From contig CAZCTC010000010.1 of assembly GCA_964501335.1 (NCBI GenBank), forward strand, positions 64,001 to 128,000: 64,000 nucleotides of DNA, written 5' to 3'. Position 1 is the first letter of the stretch. The number at the start of each line of letters is the position of its first letter. Below are positions 1 through 8,478 of this stretch, one piece after another. The DNA comes from an uncultured Anaerolineales bacterium (GTDB lineage Bacteria; Chloroflexota; Anaerolineae; B4-G1; SLSP01). A program made the position numbers and the translations under genes. The notes under the pieces are model-generated. The model did not search any database. It was not told the origin of the DNA and worked only from the letters and a program-made list of their open reading frames with translations.

Positions 1-1
1 G

Positions 2-958
2 GCCGGCTTTGAACTGTCGGACAGCTATCTGGATCTGCATGCCAAGGGGATGTGCTATCGGGACATCTCGTTCGGCAACGTTTTCTTCGATCCGACGAAC
101 GGCGATACCCTGATCTGCGACAACGACAATGTGGCCGTAGACAACCAGGAGCACTCCGGGGTGTTGGGGACGCCGCGGTTTATGGCGCCCGAAATTGTGC
201 GAGGGGAGGCGAAGCCCAGCACGCAGACGGATCTTTTCTCGCTGGCGGTTTTGTTGTTCTACATGTTGATGGTCCACCATCCATTGGAAGGCAAGAAGGA
301 GAGCGAGATCCGCTGTCTGGATCTGCCGGCGATGAATAAGTTGTACGGTTCCGAACCGATTTTCATCTACGATCCCAACGACGACAGCAATCGGCCGGTG
401 CCGGGGGTGCATGACAATGTGCTGGCTTTCTGGCCGCTCTATCCGTCGTTCCTGCGCGATCTTTTTATCAAGGCGTTCACGGTGGGGTTGAAAGATCCGC
501 TGGCGCGGGTGCGTGAGAGTGAGTGGCGGTCGACGATGGTACGGCTACGCGATTCAATCTATTATTGCGCGAACTGCAATGCCGAGAATTTCTACGATGT
601 AGAAGCGATGAAGGCTTCCGGCGGCAACCCCGGCAAGTGCTGGTCGTGCGGTAAGGATCTCGTGCTGACGCCCCGGTTGAAGCTGGATCGGGATATTGTC
701 ATGTTGAACCATGATACGAAGCTCTATCCGCACCATGTGGATACGCAACGGCTGTACGATTTCACTCAGGCGCAGGCTGAGGTGAATCGCCATCCGACCA
801 ATCCCAATATCTGGGGGTTAAAGAATCTCAGCCAGGAGAAATGGGTGATCACTACGCCGGACGGCACCGTGAAAGATGTTGATCCGGGGCGCAGTGTGAC
901 GTTGACTGTGGGAACACGGATCAATTTCGGTAAACGTGAGGGAGAGATCAGAGTCTAA
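2..958 (+). CDS. Ser/Thr protein kinase, C-terminal part with a zinc ribbon; the 5' end lies outside the window
   Basis: The reading frame is open from base 2. Catalytic-loop-like YRDISFGNVFFD and activation-segment GTPRFMAPE motifs are present. C-terminal CANCNAENF...CWSCGKD zinc ribbon. Confidence 0.7.
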   Translation, partial: AGFELSDSYLDLHAKGMCYRDISFGNVFFDPTNGDTLICDNDNVAVDNQEHSGVLGTPRFMAPEIVRGEAKPSTQTDLFSLAVLLFYMLMVHHPLEGKKESEIRCLDLPAMNKLYGSEPIFIYDPNDDSNRPVPGVHDNVLAFWPLYPSFLRDLFIKAFTVGLKDPLARVRESEWRSTMVRLRDSIYYCANCNAENFYDVEAMKASGGNPGKCWSCGKDLVLTPRLKLDRDIVMLNHDTKLYPHHVDTQRLYDFTQAQAEVNRHPTNPNIWGLKNLSQEKWVITTPDGTVKDVDPGRSVTLTVGTRINFGKREGEIRV

Positions 959-995
959 CGGAAAACGTTAGAGCGTTTCAACGTTAAGGAGAAGC

Positions 996-2282
996 ATGAA
1001 TCGTACCCGTTGGATTTTTGTAGGCATTGTGGCGCTGGCATTGTTGATTATTGGAGGATCGGTGTTGGTGCAGATGCTTTCGGGAGGCACCCCGGGGACT
1101 ACGGTTCCGGGCACGACGCCTCAGGCGATTGCAACTGTTGAACAACCCGATGCGGTGACGGTGCGGGTCCTGACGGCCCTGCCGGTAGAGCCCTGGGTGC
1201 GCCAGGCGGCTGAGAAATTCAACGCCAGCAACCCGACTGTGGACGGCAGTACCACGACGATCAAGGTCGAAGTGGTGGGGATGGATGGGCTTTCGGCGTT
1301 GGGGCGCTGGGACAGCAATGATTTCGGGGCGCTGCCGGCGGACAAGCGACCGGAGGATCTGACGGCTGAGGAAAAGGCGGCGCTGGCGAAATTCCCCACC
1401 GTCTGGATTCCCGATAACCGTTATCTGGTGGAACTGGCCAATGCTTCATACAAGGAGCGGTTGGGCCGGGATGTTTTCCTGACCGATGGTGAGTACCGGG
1501 CCAAGCCCATTGCGATCAGCCTCTTTACCTGGGGCATTTATGAGAGTCGGGCGAAGGTCTTGCAGGGCCATTTTGGGGACATCACCTGGGGTACCATCCA
1601 CGATGCGGCGATCGCGCCGGGCGGCTGGCCGGAACTGGGCGGGGATGCGGGATGGGGCTACTTCAAACTGGTGGTTCCCAATCCCAGCAAGAATGTGGGC
1701 GGTCTTTCGGCCATGGTGGCGGCAGCCGGTGAGTATTATAGCCGGACGGAGATCACCGTCCAGGATACGACCGACGCCGGTTTCCAGAAATGGCTGAAGG
1801 AATTGATGAGCTCGGGCACGGCCGTGGGGAGCGCCAGTGCCTATACTGCGCAAGATTTTGCGTTGTTTGGGTACAGCGTGGGCGACGGCGGTCAGTTGCT
1901 GGAGAGCGATCTGTTGCAAAATATGGAAGGGATTGTGACGCGCTGGGAAGATCCCCTGCGGCTCTATTATCCTCGTTATGTGACCTGGTTTGACTTCCCG
2001 TTTACCGTCTGGATGGGGCCGGAGACTTCGGCGGTGGAAAAGAATGCCGCGTTGCAGTTTGAGCGCTATCTGTTGGCCGATGAGCAGCAGAAGGCGGCGC
2101 TGGCCTATGGTTTACGCCCGGCGAATCCTGCCATTCCCCTGGATGCCACTCCGGAAAGCCTTTTCAGCAAATGGAAGGACCGGGGAGTTCAGATGGTGGT
2201 GCCGAGAGCCGACGCGATGCGCAGTCCCAACCGCGATGTGTTGCTGGCGATGCTGCGTTGGTTCGAACTGAACGTGAAGTAA
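996..2282 (+). CDS. membrane-anchored protein with a periplasmic solute-binding-like fold; paralogue of the N-terminal half of the next gene
   Basis: 428-aa ORF with an RBS-like aaggag upstream and an N-terminal TM helix (WIFVGIVALALLIIGGSVLV). Its fold-level similarity to the 2298-4094 product includes the segments GGWPELGGDAGWGYFKLVVPNP and LSAMVAAAGEYY. Confidence 0.6.
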   Translation: MNRTRWIFVGIVALALLIIGGSVLVQMLSGGTPGTTVPGTTPQAIATVEQPDAVTVRVLTALPVEPWVRQAAEKFNASNPTVDGSTTTIKVEVVGMDGLSALGRWDSNDFGALPADKRPEDLTAEEKAALAKFPTVWIPDNRYLVELANASYKERLGRDVFLTDGEYRAKPIAISLFTWGIYESRAKVLQGHFGDITWGTIHDAAIAPGGWPELGGDAGWGYFKLVVPNPSKNVGGLSAMVAAAGEYYSRTEITVQDTTDAGFQKWLKELMSSGTAVGSASAYTAQDFALFGYSVGDGGQLLESDLLQNMEGIVTRWEDPLRLYYPRYVTWFDFPFTVWMGPETSAVEKNAALQFERYLLADEQQKAALAYGLRPANPAIPLDATPESLFSKWKDRGVQMVVPRADAMRSPNRDVLLAMLRWFELNVK

Positions 2283-2297
2283 CGAGGTGATGTCATC

Positions 2298-4094
2298 ATG
2301 GTGAATGAGACACGCAGGTACGAGACTCCTCCCAAGGAGCCCAGCGGAAGTCTGGTGCCCTGGGCGGTTCTCATCGCGGGGGCGGTGGTGTTGCTCTGTG
2401 TCTGCGGCGGCATGGCGCTTCTTTTTAATTTCGGTTCGAGTGCCTGGAATGCTCTGCAAACTGCAGGGGCCGATAATACGCCGACTCCGGTGGGGCAAAG
2501 CTGGTCGACGGAAAGTGCCGAGCTGACGGTGGCTGTGGCGCCGGGAATGGCTCCGACTTTTCAGAAGCTGGCGGACGATTTCAACGCTCAGCAGAATAAG
2601 ACGCCGGACGGGGAAGTGATGACCGTCAAAGTCGTCGTGCTGGCGCCCGATCAGATGGTGGAGCAGAGTGTGGACAGGCCGGCTTTCCAGGCCGTGGCGC
2701 CCGACAGCAGTATCTGGCTGGCGCGGATCGAGCAGCGCTGGATCGCTACGCAGGGATTGACCGACACGGCTGAAAGTTCGCTGATCCCGATCAGCGATCG
2801 GCGGGTGGGGATGCCGGTGCGCTATGCGGTAAGCCCGGTGGTGATTGCGGCCTGGGAAGAGGTGGCGCGGGAGTTGGGCTGGCCGGAGACGGTGGGCTGG
2901 CGGCGGATTCAGCAGCGAGCCACCGAAGATCCCAATTTCAAGTGGAACCATCCGAGCACCGGTCAGGCGAGCGGTCTGTTGGCGACGCTGGCGGAATTCT
3001 ATGCCGGCGCCGGGGTGACGCGCGATTTGACGGCGGAACTGGCGCAGAAGCAGGAGACGCTGGACTATGTGCGCGCGGTGGAAGGGACCATCCGTTTCTA
3101 CGGCGAAGGCGAGAGCGTCATCATCGAGCATCTGGAGTCGGAAGGCCGGGGATTCCTGGATGCCTTTGCGACTCAGGAGCAGGTGGTGCTGGCCTGGAAT
3201 CAGAAGCACCCCGATCAGAAGCTGGTGGCGATCTATCCGGCGGAAGGGACCTTGTGGACCGACCATCCGCTGGCGCTGTTGGAGCTGGGGGCGGAGGGTG
3301 AGACGCGGGTAAGCGACAACCAGCGTTTGACTTTCCAGGAACTGGCGGCCTATCTTACCTCGGTGGATGTGCAGAAGCAGTTGCTGGCGGCGGGGTATCG
3401 GCCGGCCGATCTGAGCCTGCGGCTCGACGGCGAGGGCAGTCCCTTTGCCGGCACCAATGCGGTGGACTGGCGGCAGCCGCAGACGACCTTGCAGATCCCG
3501 GGGCCGGATGTCGTCGATGTGGTGATGAATGTCTGGTGGTATACCAAGCGGCCGACCAATGTCATTCTGGTGGTCGATACCAGCGGCAGTATGGAAGGTA
3601 ACAAGATCGCCCGGACCCGTGAGGCGTTGTTGGCTTTTGTGAATCAGATTCAAGGGCCGCGGGACCGGGTGGGCATTCTGGAATTCAGCAATGAGATCAA
3701 GCTGGAAGTGCCGTTGACGGAGATGACGGCGGAGAATCGTGAGCGGCTGTCACAGCAGATCTCGAATATGCGGTCCGACGGGGACACGGCGATGATCGAT
3801 GCCGTGTTGCGGGCGCGTCAGACCCTGGAAGAGAGCGGGGATCCCGAAGCGATCAATGCGATTGTGGTGATGACCGACGGGCAGGAGAATTCCAGCCGCG
3901 CCGACTTGAACGATCTTCAGACGGCTTTTGGTGCCAATCAGGAAAAGCGGGTGGTGATCTTTACGATTGCTTTCGGCAGCGATGCCGATGAGAAATTGTT
4001 GAAGAATATCGCCGAATTGGGCGACGGGCAGTTCCGTCGGGCCACTGAGATGGATATCCAAGAGCTGTACAAGGTCATTTCGACTTACTTCTAA
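2298..4094 (+). CDS. membrane-anchored solute-binding-like protein with a C-terminal von Willebrand factor A (vWA) domain
   Basis: 598 aa with an N-terminal TM helix. The vWA MIDAS motif is VILVVDTSGSMEG, followed by DGDTAMIDAV and VVMTDGQENSS. 15-nt gap to the upstream gene. Confidence 0.75.
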   Translation: MVNETRRYETPPKEPSGSLVPWAVLIAGAVVLLCVCGGMALLFNFGSSAWNALQTAGADNTPTPVGQSWSTESAELTVAVAPGMAPTFQKLADDFNAQQNKTPDGEVMTVKVVVLAPDQMVEQSVDRPAFQAVAPDSSIWLARIEQRWIATQGLTDTAESSLIPISDRRVGMPVRYAVSPVVIAAWEEVARELGWPETVGWRRIQQRATEDPNFKWNHPSTGQASGLLATLAEFYAGAGVTRDLTAELAQKQETLDYVRAVEGTIRFYGEGESVIIEHLESEGRGFLDAFATQEQVVLAWNQKHPDQKLVAIYPAEGTLWTDHPLALLELGAEGETRVSDNQRLTFQELAAYLTSVDVQKQLLAAGYRPADLSLRLDGEGSPFAGTNAVDWRQPQTTLQIPGPDVVDVVMNVWWYTKRPTNVILVVDTSGSMEGNKIARTREALLAFVNQIQGPRDRVGILEFSNEIKLEVPLTEMTAENRERLSQQISNMRSDGDTAMIDAVLRARQTLEESGDPEAINAIVVMTDGQENSSRADLNDLQTAFGANQEKRVVIFTIAFGSDADEKLLKNIAELGDGQFRRATEMDIQELYKVISTYF

Positions 4095-4939
4095 TGACCG
4101 GAGGGTCGATGGCTTCCAATCGGGCCGCAGCAGTCAAAAAAGCACAGGGGGTGGCGATTCAGTATGCCTTCTTCCGTTGGGAGAGCGCGCTGGTGCTGGC
4201 CGGGACGTTGGTGGTGACCTTTTTCTTTTGGAACAATGCGAGTTCGCCGCTGCCTTCCTGGGGCTGGCCCGTGATAGGAGCGCTGGCGCTGGCTGCGTTG
4301 GTCTATTCCAGCCTGACCGATCCGGATACCAATGCGCGGTTGCTGTGGGAGGTGCTGCAAGGGCCAGTGGATCCTAAGAAGATTCAGGAGTCGTCGTTAC
4401 GCGATTCGCTGCGGGAAGCGTTGACGTTGCAACAGCGTTTTGAACTCGAGGTTCAACGTCAAAAGAATGCGGCCGTGCGGAGCTGGTTGAATGAACGTGC
4501 CGAAGAGGTCGATAGCTGGACCCAGGCTTTTGCGGCGCTGATCTGGGATCTGGACCGCGACCGGCAGGATCCCCGGATGAAGGATGCGCAGCAACGGGCG
4601 GCGGAGGCGATCGAGACGGTGGTTTCACGCCGGCGCTTTGAGCGGAATCCGCAGGCGCAGCAGCGGCTGAATGAATCGATGGAAAAACTGGGCAAGCAAT
4701 GGGAAGCATTGCGCCAGCTGGGGGGCCATCTGGCCCGCGATGAGGCGCTGTTGATATCCAATCTGACAGTGCTGAAGGAACTTTCCGACCGGATCGTGGC
4801 CGTCGAAGCGGCAGACGTGGAAGGTGGGGCAGCCGATGCGCTGAGGATGAAACTGGTGGCGCAGATTCAAGATGTGGAGTCACGGCTGGCCAATCTGACA
4901 ACGCTGGTGGGAATGATAGATTTTGGAGGAGATGCCTGA
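4094..4939 (+). CDS. hypothetical membrane protein with a long coiled-coil region
   Basis: 281 aa. The start overlaps the vWA gene stop (ATGA). Two hydrophobic helices are followed by Q/E/R-rich heptad-like sequence. Confidence 0.5.
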   Translation: MTGGSMASNRAAAVKKAQGVAIQYAFFRWESALVLAGTLVVTFFFWNNASSPLPSWGWPVIGALALAALVYSSLTDPDTNARLLWEVLQGPVDPKKIQESSLRDSLREALTLQQRFELEVQRQKNAAVRSWLNERAEEVDSWTQAFAALIWDLDRDRQDPRMKDAQQRAAEAIETVVSRRRFERNPQAQQRLNESMEKLGKQWEALRQLGGHLARDEALLISNLTVLKELSDRIVAVEAADVEGGAADALRMKLVAQIQDVESRLANLTTLVGMIDFGGDA

Positions 4940-4942
4940 ACC

Positions 4943-6100
4943 ATGAAAAATAAGTTCCTGGCCCTGATTTTAATTGTCAGTCTGCTGCTGGCGGGCTGCA
5001 ATGGTGGCAAAAATACCCCCGGCACTTCGGGAACGACGCCGACCAAAGGCGATGTGCTGGTGTTTGTGGCAGTGCCGTTGAGCGGTTTCCAGGCCAACGG
5101 TGGTCAGACGGTGTTGGGGGGGGTCCGGTTGGCGGCCGAGGAGATCAATCGCTCCGGCGGTCTGCTGGGCTATCGTGTCGTCGTCCAGGCGCTGGATGAT
5201 GAGTCCGACAGCGATGTGGCGGTGGCGAACGTCGAGAAGATCAAAGAGGCGTTGCAGGGGAACGTCAAGGTGATCGCTGTGATCGGCCACCTGAACAGCG
5301 GTCAGACGCTGGCGGCGATGGAGCTTTACAAGGATCTGCCCTTGATTGTGATTACGCCGACGGCATCGGAGCAGAGTTTGACGCAGAAGGGGTATACCAA
5401 CTTCTTCCGGGTCAATGCGAGCGATGCGATCCAGGCGGCGGTGGATGCGCAGTTCCTGGCGGAAAAGCTGGGGGCCCGGCGTGTGGCGGTGGTTTTCAAC
5501 AATACGGAGTATGGTCGTGGTCTGGGGGCGCAGCTGACGGCGGCGCTGAAGTCCAAGGGGGCTGAGGCGGTGACGCAGATCGAGGTCGAGGAAGGTCAGA
5601 GCCATTATGAGAAAGAAGTGGCTGAAATCCAGGCCGCGAACCCGGATGCGATTTTCTACGCCGGTTATGAAATTGAGACGCCCTATCTGCGGGCGGCTTT
5701 GATCGGGGCCGGAGTGAAGGTGCCGATGCTGGCGAGCGACGGGGCTTTCCTTTCGGCGACGATCGATGAATCCAGTGGGACGGCGGAGGGGCTCTATGTG
5801 AGTGCTTTTGCGCCGAGCCCGAAGAATGTGGCCGATGCCAGCTGGTTCGCGGCCTATCAGGCGGTGGAGTATCGCAATCCCGAGACCTATTCGGTGAACG
5901 GGTATGTGGCGATGCAGGTGCTGGCGGCCGGTGTGAAGAATGCCAATTCGCTGGATTCCAAGGCGGTGGCGGCGGCGCTGCTCCAGAAGGGGATTCCGAC
6001 GTTGCTTTCGGAACTGAGTTACGATGCGAACGGCGATCTGAAGAATCCGCAGATCTGGATCTATCAGGTGAAGAACGAGGCGTTCGAGCAGGTGCAGTAG
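4943..6100 (+). CDS. branched-chain amino acid ABC transporter substrate-binding lipoprotein (LivJ/LivK family)
   Basis: 385 aa. Lipoprotein signal LLLAGCNGG. Type-I periplasmic binding fold motifs VIAVIGHLNSGQT and PLIVITPTASE. Confidence 0.8.
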   Translation: MKNKFLALILIVSLLLAGCNGGKNTPGTSGTTPTKGDVLVFVAVPLSGFQANGGQTVLGGVRLAAEEINRSGGLLGYRVVVQALDDESDSDVAVANVEKIKEALQGNVKVIAVIGHLNSGQTLAAMELYKDLPLIVITPTASEQSLTQKGYTNFFRVNASDAIQAAVDAQFLAEKLGARRVAVVFNNTEYGRGLGAQLTAALKSKGAEAVTQIEVEEGQSHYEKEVAEIQAANPDAIFYAGYEIETPYLRAALIGAGVKVPMLASDGAFLSATIDESSGTAEGLYVSAFAPSPKNVADASWFAAYQAVEYRNPETYSVNGYVAMQVLAAGVKNANSLDSKAVAAALLQKGIPTLLSELSYDANGDLKNPQIWIYQVKNEAFEQVQ

Positions 6101-6123
6101 CCGGCTGCGGGGTTAAGGATAAG

Positions 6124-6162
6124 GGGAGGCTCCTGAGAGGGGGCCTCCTTTTTTGTTTATCT
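6124..6162. terminator. rho-independent-type hairpin with a T-tract between convergent genes
   Basis: ggaggctcc-tgagaggg-ggcctcc followed by ttttttgttt. Confidence 0.55.
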
Positions 6163-6913
6163 ACCAGCTGAGTGTTTCTCCATCGGCGGGGATGGCAACG
6201 TGGTCGATCAGGCCGGCCCGGGTAAGCTGGTCGGCGAGGGGGCGGCGTTGCAACCGGCAATGGTTGACGGCTTCCATGTGGACGGCGACGATGTGGGCCT
6301 GGGGCGCGGCGCGGCCGACATTGATCACGTCGGCGGCGGTCATGGTGATGGGAGCGCCGATGTTGAATTGGGCGGCGCCGGCGTTGAGGACGATGATGTC
6401 GGGGTGATATTGCTCAAGGACGGCCTGGACGGTGGCGTTCCAGACGGTGTCTCCGGCGATGTAGAGGAGGGGTTCCCGGGGGGGGTTGATGATGAAGCCG
6501 GAGACGGCCCCCATGAGGTTGCCGAGGAGGCCGCGGCCATGTTTTCCGCCCGTGCGGGTGAAGTGGAGACCGTTCACTTCGGCGGAGGTTGCGATGGGCA
6601 AGACGTGGGTGAAGTTTGCTTTTTGGAAGGAGGGCTGATCGGGGGGCTGGCAGATGAGGGGGAGCTGTTTGGGGAGCCGGGCTGCGGCAACGGCATCGAA
6701 ATGATCGAAGTGGGAATGGGTGGCGACGATCATATCGGGATGCAGCAGTTCGTCGATAGGGCAGGGGAGCGGGACCGTCGGGTTGGTGGCGGCGGATGTT
6801 CCAAAGGTCAGGGATTGCAGGGTGTGGGCTTCAGCCAGCAATGGATCGATGAGGATGGATTGGCCGGCCAGTTCGATTTGCAGGGTGGCATGGCGGATCA
6901 GACGTAGTTTCAT
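6161..6913 (-). CDS. MBL-fold metallo-hydrolase
   Basis: The HxHxDH motif is ATHSHFDHFD. The start is placed at the internal Met (MKLRLIRHATL), the typical MBL N-terminus; the annotated ORF extends to 6988. Confidence 0.75.
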   Translation of the reverse strand: MKLRLIRHATLQIELAGQSILIDPLLAEAHTLQSLTFGTSAATNPTVPLPCPIDELLHPDMIVATHSHFDHFDAVAAARLPKQLPLICQPPDQPSFQKANFTHVLPIATSAEVNGLHFTRTGGKHGRGLLGNLMGAVSGFIINPPREPLLYIAGDTVWNATVQAVLEQYHPDIIVLNAGAAQFNIGAPITMTAADVINVGRAAPQAHIVAVHMEAVNHCRLQRRPLADQLTRAGLIDHVAIPADGETLSW

Positions 6914-7073
6914 GGGCCTCCTGGGATGGTTGGGAAATTGGATGTGGAAGGTATACCTCATTTTGCGGGAGTGGCAAGGGAGCGGCACCTGGAAGGATGA
7001 AAAAGAGATTTCACCGCAGAGGCACAGAGAACACAGAGAAGAAGAGAGGAGATTTTTCTGAATTTTCTCTGTA

Positions 7074-7386
7074 AAAAGGGCTATGTTTTGGCGGGGCCCT
7101 CACCCCCTGCCCCCTCTCCCCTATTTTGTTGTTAAGTAGCGACGCGATTCGAGTGGATGCGTTTTGGGGTATAGCTGCGAGCGATGCGGGAGGGAGAGGG
7201 GGGAAGAGCGTGCCGCCGGGGCGGTTCTGAAAAAGGGCTATGTTTTGGCGCGGCCCTCACCCCCTGCCCCCTCTCCCCTATTTTGTTGTTAAGTAGCGAC
7301 GCGATTCGAGTGGATGCGTTTTGGGGTATAGCTGCGAGCGATGCGGGAGGGAGAGGGGGGAAGAGCGTGCCGCCGGGGCGGTTCTG
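7074..7386. repeat. two near-identical 157-bp direct tandem units
   Basis: Units span 7074-7230 and 7231-7387 and differ at one position. Each contains a C-rich tract (ccctcaccccctgccccctctcccc) and a complementary G-rich tract (gggagggagaggggggaagag). Confidence 0.85.
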
Positions 7387-7560
7387 AAAAAGGGCTATGT
7401 TTTCGGCGGCTTCAGAAAGCCGCCGAAAACATAAACAAAAAAAACTCTCTCCCGATCCAGCGCGGTGCATTTTAGGGGGAAAGCGTCTTATGCGGGGAGG
7501 GGCGATTTTCCAAAGAGGTGCGTTGCATCTTTGAGAAACGTTGATTTATTTTGAGTAAGT
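7387..7560. repeat. dispersed intergenic repeat element, copy A (hairpin 7397-7432 plus conserved right arm)
   Basis: Perfect palindrome atgttttcggcggc-ttcagaaa-gccgccgaaaacat, followed by aaacaaaaaaaactctctcccgatccagcgcgg...ggggga. Homologous to the copies at 28826-29150, 32075-32180 and 51180-51290. Confidence 0.8.
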
Positions 7561-7648
7561 TATACAATGTTGCTGATTCTACGTATGGAGCTAATTTTAT
7601 GTTGAGAAGATTGAGAGGCCAGCTGAAGGTAGAATCAAGGAGGATTTT

Positions 7649-8356
7649 ATGGCGGGGAAATTGCGATGGTTGGGCGTGGCGTTTGTCGAGTTTATCACCG
7701 GGGACGGCCGGACGATCCTTTTCGATCCGTGGACGAAGACGGACGGCAGTCCGACCTGCCCGCTGGAGACGGAGGAGATCCGGAAGGCCGATCTGATTCT
7801 GGTGAGCCACGATCATTTCGATCATATCGCTTCGGCGGCGAAGTTGTGTAAACAGACGGGGGCGCTGCTGGGCGGCCCGGATGAGACGATGAAGCGGTTG
7901 ATGCGGGATGAGGGTTTGGAGCCGGAGCAGATTGTCAATCATGGCGCGGGGTATATTGTGGGCGGCGGCACGGTGTTGCCGTGGGCGAAGGTGGTTTCCA
8001 CGCCGGCGTATCATACGTCGAATACTTCGGTGCCGGTCGGGACCATTGTCAAGGCGGTGGATGGGACGACGATCTATCATGCCGGGGATACCAGTCTGAC
8101 CGGCGAGATGGAGATCTATGCGCGGCTTTATCCGTTGGATGTGGCGATTTTGCCGATTTTCGGGATTGCGACGATGGATGCACTTCAGGCGACGGAGGCT
8201 GTGCGGCTGATGAAGCCGCGGAAGGTGATGCCGATCCATTTCGATTTCTGTGCGGAGCCGGAGGCGGTGCTGGCGGAGTTTGTGGCTCTGTGCCGGGAGC
8301 GGGCTCCCGAGGTGGAGATTCTGGTGCCGGCGCCGGGGAAGTATTTTGAGCTTTAA
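7649..8356 (+). CDS. MBL-fold metal-dependent hydrolase
   Basis: 235 aa. LILVSHDHFDHIAS motif. RBS aaggagg lies upstream of the ATG. Confidence 0.75.
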   Translation: MAGKLRWLGVAFVEFITGDGRTILFDPWTKTDGSPTCPLETEEIRKADLILVSHDHFDHIASAAKLCKQTGALLGGPDETMKRLMRDEGLEPEQIVNHGAGYIVGGGTVLPWAKVVSTPAYHTSNTSVPVGTIVKAVDGTTIYHAGDTSLTGEMEIYARLYPLDVAILPIFGIATMDALQATEAVRLMKPRKVMPIHFDFCAEPEAVLAEFVALCRERAPEVEILVPAPGKYFEL

Positions 8357-8370
8357 GAGGGTTTTTTTAT

Positions 8371-8410
8371 CTATGTTTTCGCGCGCTTCAGAAAGCGCGC
8401 GAAAACATAG
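8371..8410. terminator. hairpin of the same family as the dispersed repeat, acting as a terminator after the MBL gene
   Basis: ctatgttttcgcgcgc-ttcagaaa-gcgcgcgaaaacatag followed by atattttt. Confidence 0.55.
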
Positions 8411-8478
8411 ATATTTTTCCCCCTTATTTTCTGGGGGACCCATAGCCAGTATTTTGACTGAGAGGCAGGGCGGTAAGG

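Noticed and set aside
2112-3653. 513-aa ORF on the minus strand
   Set aside because: It lies entirely antisense to the well-supported vWA gene (2298-4094). It is Arg/Pro/His-rich with no motifs, typical of GC-rich shadow ORFs.
6200-6907. 235-aa plus-strand ORF rich in Gly/Asp
   Set aside because: Antisense to the MBL hydrolase gene, which has the clear HxHxDH motif. Low-complexity composition.
7132-7470. ORFs 7132-7470 (minus strand) and 7184-7387 (plus strand) inside the repeat region
   Set aside because: They are generated by the duplicated 157-bp units and have no RBS or protein-like composition.
7074-7490. Possible CRISPR array, suggested by the tandem identical repeats
   Set aside because: The units are 157 bp and directly abutting with no unique spacers. 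There are only two full units and no cas genes in the window. It is a tandem duplication, not CRISPR.
7472-8443. 323-aa minus-strand ORF
   Set aside because: Antisense to the MBL hydrolase gene 7649-8356 and it extends into the repeat region. Arg/His/Pro-rich with no motifs.
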